This document shows, piece by piece, positions 30,001 through 40,493 of a stretch of 64,000 nt of DNA. The DNA comes from Schmidtea polychroa (Eukaryota). A program made the translations under genes and the position numbers. The stretch covers positions 175,696,312-175,760,311 of the forward strand of contig CM097886.1 in the NCBI GenBank assembly GCA_044892525.1, written 5' to 3'. The notes under the pieces are model-generated. The model saw nothing but the letters and a program-made list of their open reading frames with translations. It did no database searches and was not told the DNA's origin. Each line of letters begins with the position of its first letter. Within the stretch, counting starts at the first letter, position 1.

Positions 30001-30434
30001 ATCTCGTATCGTTCCTCTCAATGTGTCTACCAGACCTTTTTCGATTGCTTCATCCAAAGTCAAATGTTTTGCGTCAGTTGAATATTCCATACTGATCTTT
30101 TCTGATTCCGTTTGCTTTTCTTTATCTATTCGTTCTTTTTCGCTTCTTAACAAAGCACTAATATTCTTACCGCTCTCAAGCATTTCAGAAAGAGATACAC
30201 TTTGTCCTTTCTCTGCATCATATATTGCGCTATTTTCTGCGACAATTATTCCTCTTGCAATTGCTTCTTGTAATGACATTTCTTTTCCAGAAATTGGATC
30301 TCGTACCGTTCCTCTCAATGTGTCTACAATACCTTTTTCGATTGCTTCATCCAAAGTCAAATGTTTTGCGTCAGTTGAATATTCCATACTGATCTTTTCT
30401 GATTCCGTTTGCTTTTCTTTATCTATTCGTTCTT
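1..30434. repeat. Coding tandem array, 297-bp unit, 102 complete units plus a partial unit in window
   Basis: The motif tggatctcg lies at 1, 298, 595 ... and at 30295 (= 1 + 102 x 297), so there is no net indel. Units differ only by scattered substitutions. Confidence 0.98.
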
Positions 30435-31080
30435 TATATTTTAGTTCCTTTTCTTTTTTTTCGAAAGTTAGATATTTTCTCTTTCTTTTTTCTTCTTTGT
30501 ATTCTGAACTATTATCGTCATCGAATAATATTCTTGGTTTTATGATATCATCTGCTAAGTTTATTTTTCTTTTCTTTTTTTCTTTTTCGTTTTTATTTTC
30601 TTCCTCATTTTTTACGTTTTCTCTGGCTAAATACTCTTGTGTTATCTCTATAATATCTTTTAATGGAATATTGTTCCTTAATAATATTTGCAACGATACT
30701 ATATTTCCACTTCGTATTTCACGAAATAACGTTTTCTCTTCATCTATTAGATTTTCTTTTAAAGCTTCATACAAACATTTTATTTTTCCAGTTTTTGCCA
30801 GTTTTATTGTCATATTTTTTGGATTAATCAATTTTTGTTTCAATGCCGTTATTAAATTTATTTTTCTCTCAGTTCTATCATTTTCCTCAATAGTTATTGT
30901 TTCAGTTAATTTAGCAAATAATATTTCCTCTGATGTATCTTGTATTGGAATATATGAATATAAAAATGATGATAAAATATTTTCACTTTCCTTCAATTCA
31001 GGTTTATTTAATAATTTATATTTATCATTTATTATATTTAATAAATCATCTACATCATTTGTAACATTAGACAAATTTCG
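1..31080 (-). CDS. Giant coding exon (at least 10,360 codons, 3' end outside window): about 215 unique residues, then 102+ tandem 99-aa plectin-like modules
   Basis: Acceptor ttttatttttaaAG at 31081-31082, phase 0, matches the phase-0 donor at 31707. The frame reads RNLSNVTNDVDDLL... and then LRGTIRDPISGKEMSLQEAIARGIIDAENSAIYDAEKGQSVSLSEMLESGKNISALLRSEKERIDKEKQTESEKISMEYSTDAKHLTLDEAIEKGLVDT repeated. None of the variants I translated creates a stop. Confidence 0.9.
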
Positions 31081-31707
31081 CTTTAAAAATAAAAATAAAA
31101 TTAATTATGAACTATTATTTATTTATTTTTCTTACTCAAAAATAGAGCTACAGATATTTAATTTCCCCTAGAATTCTGTATGTCGTTTTTATCGCGACAA
31201 AATTTTATTAGTAATCTGTAGCAGGGTGAGATGAAGAATTCTTTCTTTATGAATAGAGAACTTTGTTAAAAACGTCATAGCTAAAGTTCTTTTCCATCAA
31301 AGTTAACAAGTTGTATAGAAGAGAAAGTATCTAAGACAATTTTGCAATTGCTCAACCGTAACAATGAAAATAAATATCCCTAATTTAGAATTACAATTAT
31401 TATGGTAATAGTATTTGTAGTTTCCCCTTAAATATTGCACCGAAGCAGGCTGGGAACCAAATAAATGCAGAGTGCTATTGGGAGAGCTGTAATTATTTAT
31501 CCTATTATATTTTGGTTTTCTTATTTCTGTAGCTTTATTTTTTATAATATAAATGATAAAAGTGTATCCAAATAAAAATATTCACTTTGCTAGATATAAA
31601 TTTGTCGAACAAAAATTTTTACGAAAATATCTTACCATTATCAATTAGTAACCTTAATAACACGGATACACTTTCGGAAAAAAATTAAAAAAATTAATTT
31701 TAATTAC

Positions 31708-34700
31708 CTGATTGATTTCAATTTGATTTTTATTGTTGTCAGTTTTGATTGGAATCTCATGATCCAGATCCATTGAGGTTGAGGTGATAATAAATTCTTC
31801 GAAATTTATATTTTCGTTTGGCTTTTGAGAAAATACCCTCAATACATTCTCTGGAAGACTTTGTGGAATTGAAAAATTCATCTCCTCTTCAATCGTTCGT
31901 ATGTGTACATTTGTAAACGGACACGACAGTGGCATATATTGTCGGGTTTTCATTATTGCGTGCAATAGTCCGTGTTGCAATGCTTCAGACAGAGTTGAAA
32001 TTTCGTTGGTTTTGTGATTGATGTACGTTGAGTCGATTATGTTGATGACTTGCTTGTCAATGGCCTCCTGGTATGTGATCAACTGGTTGATTCGTGGATC
32101 ATAAACACTGATTATTTGATAATTATCATGTCGCTTGTTTAGATTCTCAAAGTATAATGATCTGTTTGTTAGAGTTATAATCGTAGCAAACACCGAACCG
32201 TTTTCCAGACCATTGATCAGTGTTGTAGATTTGCCAGTTTTCGGATCGTTTATGAGCTGATTGATTGGATCAATTTGATTTTCTGTAAGCATTTGATTTG
32301 TCAGCTTTGCAGTTACACCGACACCTTTGTGAACGTAATAGTAGTTGTGAACGACACAATTTCTTTGGATGATTTTTTCATCTGCTGGTTCATTGTTACT
32401 TTCATTCACAATCAACCCCATTTTTACACTTTCCTCCCAACTATAGCTGTTATTATTGGTAGCACTTCGAATCATGTTTTCAACTGGATCATAAATGTTT
32501 TCTTTAATAGCTTCTTCCAAATTCAATTTTTTTCCGGTATTGGGATTGATAATGAATAATTGAGTGTTATTATTTTCAGTATTGGATCCTGTTAATGATG
32601 TGATATTCGACGTCAATGATTCATTTGTAGATAATTTTGGAGATTTTAATCTTAGGCTATGCGCATTTTCCATGTTATAGTCAGGTTCTGTTTCCAATGT
32701 CGTTATTCTTTCATTGATAGACATTAATAAAGGAAGATCTTGACGAATGGAAGCGTCTTTTACAGTTTGAATTAATTTTGAATCCTGATCATCTCCGAAA
32801 TAGTTTCTTTTAATTGATTCTAAAGTTTTTGTTGTTTTAGTATCGACAAATTTATCTTCGTTTGGTATTTCTAGTGTTTTATTTTGAACAATGTTTTGAA
32901 CATCAGTCATGTATACTGTTACATTGGACTGTGGATGATCTAGTATATTTTTTGCTAAGGCCTCTTCGACACCATAAACGTTATCATTTCTTGGATCACA
33001 AAAAGTATTTGTCTTCAAATCAATGTAACCTTGTTCTAGGGCTTCTTCGAAGGTGATTTTGTTTTTGTCAGTCGGTACAAATTCTGGAAAAAGATCTTCA
33101 TTGATGGCATCGTTTAAAGTAATAATATGCCCATCATTGTCCTTAATTTCACATCGAATAGGATCGAATAAGCCATTTTCAATGGCCTCTCTTAAACAAA
33201 TATGCCTTCCATTATCAGGGTGTTTTAACATTGATCTATCAATATCTATACTATTACTATTAATAGCTTCATTCAAAGTCATAGAAACTTCACTATTTGG
33301 AAATGTAACAATGCCAGAATCAAAATCGACTAGTCCATGGGTGATTAAATCATTCATTGTCGGTAATTTTATTTCAAGCTTTTCTGTTAACACAAACCCC
33401 AAGTCTTCGGCTTCATTCATAGTTAAGACTTGATTGGATTTTGTATTCCAGAAATTTTCAAATTTTCTATCCACCAAACCTTTTTCAATGGCATCCATTG
33501 GTGAGATTATTTCTCCGGAAATTGGATCTTTAAACCCGACGATTTTCAACTCATTATTCAAGGATTTCACTTCTTCGTCAATCGCTTCAATATATCCCGA
33601 TAAAATCGCTTCATTGATCGGAATATCGATTACAAATCCAAAATCATTGATTATTTTATAATTCCCGCTCAAATGATCGATTATCCCATCCTCCACTGCC
33701 TGTCGAGCCGACACCCACTCTTTTGTGATTGGATTAAACACCGAACTAATTGAATAGGATTTGATTTTCTCGGATTTTATCGTTTTAATTTCAATTACTT
33801 TTTCTTTGCTCTTTTCATTATTAGTTTGAATAAAGTCGGCATCGATTGCATCAGTAAATGAGTAGTATATTCTATCCTTTTCATGGTAATACATTCCCAT
33901 GTCGTCATTGATGAAATTTCTTTTTCGAGCTTCATCCAATGAAATATATTCGTTTCTTTGTGAATCATAAACGCTCGTAATTGTTTGATAAAGTTTTCTA
34001 TTTTCAAAAAGATTGCACTCGGTCTGGTCGATATTGATTGCGATTTCATCGATGGAAATTGAAAATTTAATCAAAGGACATGTGAGAAAAACGATCCGAT
34101 TGTATTGATTTTCAGTGATGATTTTGTCATAATATGCTTCATTGATCGACATGAACTGATTGTTTGATCGATCAAAGATTTGACCGGTTTTGATGTCGAT
34201 CAGGTTTTGATTGATCGCTTGAAGGATTGTTAATTTTTCGTTTTTCTCATTCGTTATTCCACAAAATACCGTTAAATCTTTTAGTAAACTTTTCGAGATG
34301 AATTTGTTTTCGTAAGCCTCTTTCAATGAGAACTGTTCGTTTGTGATTGTGTTGATAAATTTCTCGCATTTAATGTCAATAACTCCCAGCTGAATTGCGC
34401 CGAGAAGTGTTAACTTTTGTGTGAGATTCGGATGAATGATGTCTTGATTCGGACCGGAAACAAGGCTTTCGTTCAATTTAATAAAGCCTTTATTAAATGC
34501 GTCAAGAAATGAGAATTTCGGTTTGTTTTTGTCAATGATAATTTTCCCGTTCTCGGTGACCAGACCTTTTTGCACAGCTTCAAATAGAGAGATTTTCTGG
34601 GAGAAATTTGGTTTGATACTGAATTCACTGTTGCCATCAATCATTCCCCTTACTAATGCTTCGCTGATTGAAGATTTCTGATTGTTTATGTCTACTAAAA

Positions 34701-35724
34701 ATGGAAATTCATCTTTCTCCAATACGATCTGTAAAATCGAGATGGGCTTCGATAAAATGCCTTCCTGGCGAGCGTAATGTATAGGAATATATGAATTTCG
34801 ATTGTGATCGAAAATGTTTCCTGATTCCGGATCGAAAAATTTATTATTAACTGCTTCTTTCGTTGTTAGGTGAAAAGAGTTTTCACTAGGATCAACGAAT
34901 AATATCTCTGAAATATCATCATTGATATATTGGTATCGAATGGCGTCGGTGTATTTCAACTCGGTATTTGTAATTGGATCAAGAAATTTTATATGTTTGT
35001 CTGAAATCGGATTGAACAAATTCAAATCTACTGAATCTGAAAGACTTAGTAGAGGGGGCTGGATTTTTAATTCTTTTGGTGAATAAATGGCCGAAATAAC
35101 TGTGGGAGGGGAATGCAACAATTCAATAGATGAGATCATTAAACAGTTCAAATAGCCACCGACTTTTCTATCAACAATCTGTGAATTGACAGCTTTCGAA
35201 ATGGTCAAGGGTTCGAAGAAACAATCGACATTGAAAGTTCCATTGAAAATATTGAAAATGTTTAATTTCATCATGTCAATAATAGAGAGTTTTTCACATT
35301 TGTTAAATATTCTCAACTCAGAAAGAATGTTGTAGGTTTTTCTCATTATGATTCCGTCTTTTAAAGACTCTTCCAATGTGGACGACTGCATTTCATCGGA
35401 GGCATTCGGTGAATTCGGATTCAATTTGATTATTCGACAACGGAAACAATCTCCGACAGATATTGGAGAAATAGTTTCGGATAAGAGATTGGAGAAATAC
35501 CAAAGATTTGATAATTGGCAACGACTTAAGTTTGAAATGATTTCAATCGAATCTTCTTGGAAGGATTGTTTGGTTGATTTATCAAAAAAGATTTCAGAAT
35601 TTTCTTCAATCTCGCTCAGTTCTCGGAATCTGTTGATTTCGACATTTTCCGTTTTAAATGTATGAATTCTTTCCGGTTTCTTCGAGGATTTCGTTAAAAC
35701 AGGTCTCGCTTGATCGGAAAGATT
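31708..35724 (-). CDS. Plectin-repeat (plakin repeat domain) exon, 4,017 bp / 1,339 codons, phase 0/0
   Basis: Acceptor aaatAG at 35725 and donor CAG|GTAATT at 31707. Many plectin-repeat motifs, e.g. DPISGEIISPMDAIEKGLVD, LTILQAINQNLIDIKTG, ICLREAIENGLFDP. Corresponds to track ORF 31654..35424. Confidence 0.93.
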
Positions 35725-35778
35725 CTATTTATTAGAAAAAATTAACAATAATGTTTTATCAAACGTTTCTAAATATAC

Positions 35779-35979
35779 CTTTTGGCATTCAGTCAATCTT
35801 TCATATAATAAATCTGATAGATTATTAAAATCGTTGTTGAGCTTCTTTATTTCACATGATACCCAATCATGGGCATTTTGAATACGACTCCTTTTCGTGT
35901 ATCCGAAATAATCTTGATTACTACCACCAATTTGACTTTGTATTTCATTGTGATAGTTTTTGAATATGTCTTCATATTT
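35779..35979 (-). CDS. Spectraplakin exon (rod to plectin-repeat linker)
   Basis: Acceptor ttacAG at 35980 and donor AAG|GTATAT at 35778. Reads KYEDIFKNYHNEIQSQIGG...LTECQK, phase 0/0. Confidence 0.85.
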
Positions 35980-36105
35980 CTGTAAGAAGAGAGAATTATT
36001 GATATTGTATTTGCATATTAATGTTTTATTTAGAATTCTGGATATCAGAAGTACTCAAGAAGAAGCCGTTACTAGAGGGCTTCTGGTCGCATTTTGTTGA
36101 CTTCG

Positions 36106-36108
<3 letters not shown>

Positions 36109-36194
<86 letters not shown>
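36109..36194. repeat. (TA)n microsatellite
   Basis: 86-bp perfect TA run in an intron. Confidence 0.98.
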
Positions 36195-36196
<2 letters not shown>

Positions 36197-36820
36197 TATC
36201 CAAAGATATGTAATGCAATAGGATATTGGATCTTTTAAGTAAAGCTTTGGTTTGAATAAAGAAAAACTAGTCTCTGGAGTAGATGACTTAATAAACAAGG
36301 ATGAAGTGGAAACAATCCTAAAAAGTAATTTGGAAATCTAAGATTAGGCAAATATGGGAAATTCAACCTATTAACTGTATTAATAAAAATTATAGTATTA
36401 AATTCAAAAAAATTCAAAGAGAAATTTATACTTTCATTGAAGGATATATTTATTTTGGTGGCCTGTCAAAATGGGGCAGGACAGAAAAATTATACAGTTT
36501 TGAATAAGTTTATTTTGCTTAGGAATTTTGTCATAGAAACTCTTTTATATAGTTTTTAAAGGAGAAGTTTTGAATAGAAGTTAAGCATGAGCAGAGTTTG
36601 AATGTAATTGGACTACGATTTTTCTAAAAAAGTAATAAAGTGGTTGTGTAAAGCAAAAATATTTATAAGTTCTCAAATTCAAAAAAAATCAGCTAAAAAT
36701 TTTAGAGGTATATATTTTTTTCCAATAATTTTAGTCTGGGAGTTACTCAAATTTTTCTTTGGAAAAATCTGTCAAAATAAACAAAAAGACTCCATTGTGT
36801 GTTCAAGGTTTAAATGTACC

Positions 36821-36824
<4 letters not shown>

Positions 36825-36878
<54 letters not shown>
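36825..36878. repeat. (TA)n microsatellite
   Basis: 54-bp perfect TA run in an intron. Confidence 0.98.
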
Positions 36879-36879
<1 letters not shown>

Positions 36880-37109
36880 TCATCAAACTTACAATTGACC
36901 ATATACGAATATTCAACAATTTAGAATTCTTAAACAAACTGATCAATAAATGTTACTTGAGTATGACGGTAGAGTATATCTGTAGATTCAATGAGCATTA
37001 TTAACGTAATATTAACTCAATATTAATGTAAGTAGTTATAATACACGCCTGACAAAGTGTAACTGAATTCTAATAGGTGATTTATTCCACATTTTCTTAT
37101 TTTTAATAA

Positions 37110-37237
37110 NNNNNNNNNNNNNNNNNNNNNNNNNNNNNNNNNNNNNNNNNNNNNNNNNNNNNNNNNNNNNNNNNNNNNNNNNNNNNNNNNNNNNNNNNNN
37201 NNNNNNNNNNNNNNNNNNNNNNNNNNNNNNNNNNNNN
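37110..37237. other. Assembly gap (N run)
   Basis: 128 Ns. Confidence 1.
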
Positions 37238-37321
37238 ATTTTATTAATATTATTATAATAAAGTGTTTATATATTATAAATTTTAAAATAATATTTAAAA
37301 AAATATAAATCAATAAATTAC

Positions 37322-37574
37322 CTGTAATAAATTCAAGAAATATGTGGCGGATTTATTGATTTCATCGATTTCTGGTTTGTATTTATTGATTTCTAATTGA
37401 AAATTATTGATTTTCTTCATCAACGATTCAATATTTTTAGACTCAAAGACATTATTTGGAATATTAATCTGGGATTTCACAGTCGTTTGCAGGCCAATAA
37501 TCCATGCTTGAATGGTTTTCAACTCATTTTTCAACCCCAAATATTGGTTGCTGCACTCATTCACGTGACTCAAT
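37322..37574 (-). CDS. Spectraplakin exon (spectrin-like repeat)
   Basis: Reads LSHVNECSNQYLGLKNELKTIQAWII...LLQ. Phase 2 acceptor, phase 0 donor CAG|GTAATT. Confidence 0.87.
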
Positions 37575-37622
37575 CTAGAAACAAATTTGTTTTTATCTCA
37601 CGAAACTATTAATTTTACTGAC

Positions 37623-37819
37623 CGTTTTTTTATTTGATTTTTTAATAATTCATAACGATATTCGACTGATTTCAATTCTTTCTTTAATTTTTGAATATCC
37701 TCATACGAAACATCTTTTTGGTTTTGTCTGCCAGTCGTAACGGCATTAATTAGTTGATCTAAATTCGTAGGAACTTCTTTAAGATTTCCCACCACTGAGG
37801 AAATGGTATCTTGAGCAGC
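37623..37819 (-). CDS. Spectraplakin exon (helical rod)
   Basis: Reads AAQDTISSVVGNLKEVP...QIKKR. Flanked by 46- and 48-bp GT-AG introns with matching phases. Confidence 0.85.
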
Positions 37820-37865
37820 CTAGATGCGATTGAATTCAATATATGACAATATCTAGTTGATTTAC

Positions 37866-38168
37866 TTCTAATTGTGCAATGAGGATTTTTATTTGATCAA
37901 TCCCAGCGGGAAACGATTCGTTCTGGTTGATGAGAGTCAACTCCATTTCACAGATCACTTGATCTATTTCATCCAATTGACTGAAGAATACTTCAGTTGA
38001 TTTCAGCTTAATAACAAACATGTGAGCTTCATTCCATAATTGTTCCCATAAATCTATCATTTTCTCTAATTTCGCTTTCAGTGCCACTGTTTCAGACATT
38101 CCATTTTTGACGAATAAAATCAAATCGTTAACCTGGGGCTCATAATTCTTTAGATTGTTTTCGAATTC
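37866..38168 (-). CDS. Spectraplakin exon (plakin domain C-terminal spectrin repeats)
   Basis: Reads EFENNLKNYEPQVNDL...LWEQLWNEAH...IAQLE, phase 0/0, GT-AG. Confidence 0.87.
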
Positions 38169-38600
38169 CTATAGAAAAATTTTATCGATAAATCAAAAAA
38201 TCTTTTATTATAATTTTTACACAGGTTAAATTTACATAAACTGGAAACTAAAACTTCTGTTTTCTTTAAGTCTAGTCTAACATTGTAGTTATATATTATA
38301 TGATACATTGGGTCAATTAGGTTAAAAAATGAAGACGTTTGGTATATCATATAGAGGTCTATAGAGGCCCTGAACGACATCAAAAGTGGTCACTGATCAA
38401 TGTATGAAACTTAATTAAAGTCCTCCTAGTCTATTATATTGATATCATATATTTATAATTTATTCCGGGACCCATTTAAGCTGTTCTTTACTACATTTCT
38501 TTTTCATTTCTTCGTATATTATTTTGGTTGCGAATAAAAGAGGTAAAAATAATTTGTTTAGCGGAATGCACTAAAATCGAAAAAATATTATGATAATAAT

Positions 38601-38831
38601 CAGGGCTGGCTGTGGTTTTGTGGGGTCTCAGGAAAATATTATATGCGGAGTCCGTAAAAGACATGTAAAAAACAACCTTAATGAGTGAGATGTTAATGCA
38701 GGAAAAGACCTACGTAAAAAACGTTGCATTTTGTGTCAAAAACTTGCCCTAGCTACCGATAATTGTTAGAAATAAGAAAGTGCGGTGCTTCGGGAAAAAT
38801 CCCCGAAGTGCCGACCTCTGGGCAGGCTCTG
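38601..38831. mobile_element. Degenerate hAT-type MITE
   Basis: Ends CAGGGCTGGC ... GCAGGCTCTG (7/10 inverted match); flanks ataataat / ataatagt (7/8 TSD). Confidence 0.55.
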
Positions 38832-39616
38832 ATAATAGTTATCAGGTACTCCTTAATGCAAAATAACTAGTACAATAATTCTCTATTTTTCGATACACAG
38901 GTGTATTAAAATTGTCGTTTTAAAGGCATTGGTAACAGGTAAAGATTTCATTTTAAATATTTTATTATACAGAAAATGAACTACATCCAATTATATTTAT
39001 TATAATTTTTTCTCTTGTAGAAATAATATTTTCTGTTTTAAATATGCTGTAAAATTTCGGTGTTTTTTTCCAGCCTAATATGAAGATTATTCCAATCTAC
39101 GTAACTATATTCTATTTTGTAATTTTTCAATGTCAAAACTTCTGTTTCTTATTCCATCTTTCGAAAATGTGTTGAAATCTTCGGATAATGATCATTCCGT
39201 CATATATTCCTGCTGTTATATAGTTAAAATAATAGTTTAATTTCAAAAATAATATTACATTTATTCATATATAAAATATATAAACATGAAGTACAATTCT
39301 TAAATAAAAAAACATTTTCTTCTAGATTTTTTCTCTGCAAAATCTTCATTGGTAACTTTAGAAATGTGTTATATTAAATATAATATGTAATATGATTAAA
39401 TACTTCTTTACTTACATTACATAAATATAATAATCTGCAAATAATTAAAAGATGTTATAAGATTTTATAATAATAATACAAAATTTGGGACCCCCGCCAG
39501 TCGGGCCTTAGGCTTCAGCCTTGTCATCCTAAGGGTAAATCCAGGCCTGCCTACATAGAAGGATTACTAACCCAAACATATTTGATGTTATTTATATGAA
39601 AAATATGTAAGCGTAC

Positions 39617-39955
39617 CTTATGTTTACAAACTTGTTCTTCCAATAAATCCACATCTAAAACCACAGGGCTTGCCAACTTGATTCTGAGTTCTTGTAACAT
39701 TTTCGTAAAAACGCTGATTAAATCATCCAATTGCAAGTCGACACTGGTGAAAGATTCCCGATTGACTGATTTCACCGGTGATGATGATTGGTTATTGACT
39801 GTGCGCATTTGCACAGAAAATACAGTACTGTGCGCCAATTCCGCAAATCTTGCGTTACATTGATTCAAAGCCAAGTAGAATTTGTTGATTTCATTCTCAT
39901 CGATATTTGCACATTTTAAATCCAATATTAACCGATTTGCATCTTGATTTAATAT
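39617..39955 (-). CDS. Spectraplakin exon (plakin domain)
   Basis: Reads ILNQDANRLILDLKCAN...EEQVCKHK, phase 0/0, donor AAG|GTACGC. Confidence 0.87.
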
Positions 39956-40016
39956 CTTAACAAAAATATAATTGAGTTTTTCAATGATTTATTTATGAAT
40001 AAAAATTAATTTGTAC

Positions 40017-40493
40017 TTCAACGATTTTCTGACGATGAGCCGGTTCGAGATTACAAAAGTCTTCCGGAGTCCAATTTTTTACTATATCCATGGTTGAAAA
40101 GAGAACCTGCTCTCGAAGTTGTAGTTCTCTTTTCGTCCACAGATCTTTGAGAAATGTAAAATGAGAATCAAGAGTGATGGCAGTTTGAGATGCCTGTGGA
40201 GATATATCTGTTATGAGAAAACAAATCGCTGGAGCATTGAATGTTTCGTTTTTATTGTTGCAAACCCTCCACATGTTATGTCCCGAATTATTGGTAAGTT
40301 GTAATAATTCACCTTCTGTAAACTGTCTCGTGTAAAAATCGGGATTTTCTTTACTTGAACAAATTGCTTTCACATTCACTCTTTTTTCTGGTAGAATTGA
40401 AGTCGTTCGGAGCGATAAAGCTGAAACACTCTGACTGATTGCAATGATTCGGTTAACGGTTTCTTTGTAATCCTCAACTGTCTCCAACATATC
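40017..40493 (-). CDS. Spectraplakin exon containing the plakin-domain SH3
   Basis: Reads DMLETVEDYKETVNRII...VNVKAICS...TEGELLQLTNNSGHNMWRVCNNKNETFNAPAICFLI...IVKNWTPEDF, matching the plakin SH3 insertion. Phase 0/0. Confidence 0.92.

Noticed and set aside
1-30434. Array as a CRISPR array or non-coding satellite
   Set aside because: There are no unique spacers. The unit length is a multiple of 3, the frame is open, and it is spliced to a plakin gene.
31081-31135. Apparent 55-bp intron using the GTAAG donor at 31135
   Set aside because: The upstream phase-0 codon would be TGA. The donor at 31707 gives a continuous frame instead.
26-31171. Plus-strand ORFs of 1675, 289 and 8401 aa (26..5053, 5075..5944, 5966..31171)
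   Set aside because: These are antisense shadows of the real minus-strand exon. One stop-free unit is simply multiplied. In this frame a stop needs a minus-strand Tyr after a pyrimidine-ending codon, or His/Gln after a T-ending codon, which is uncommon. The S/F/L/I-rich product resembles no family, and it is broken twice by a variant that is harmless on the minus strand.
32275-35665. Short plus-strand ORFs overlapping the plectin-repeat exon
   Set aside because: Antisense to a well-supported exon, with no recognisable motifs.
36021-37313. ORFs with IYIYIY runs or X runs (also 41520-41978, 46844-47417)
   Set aside because: Translations of TA microsatellites and N gaps.
39490-39549. GC-rich end resembling a hAT MITE 3' terminus (…GGGTAAATCCAGGCCTG)
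   Set aside because: No matching 5' TIR or TSD found.
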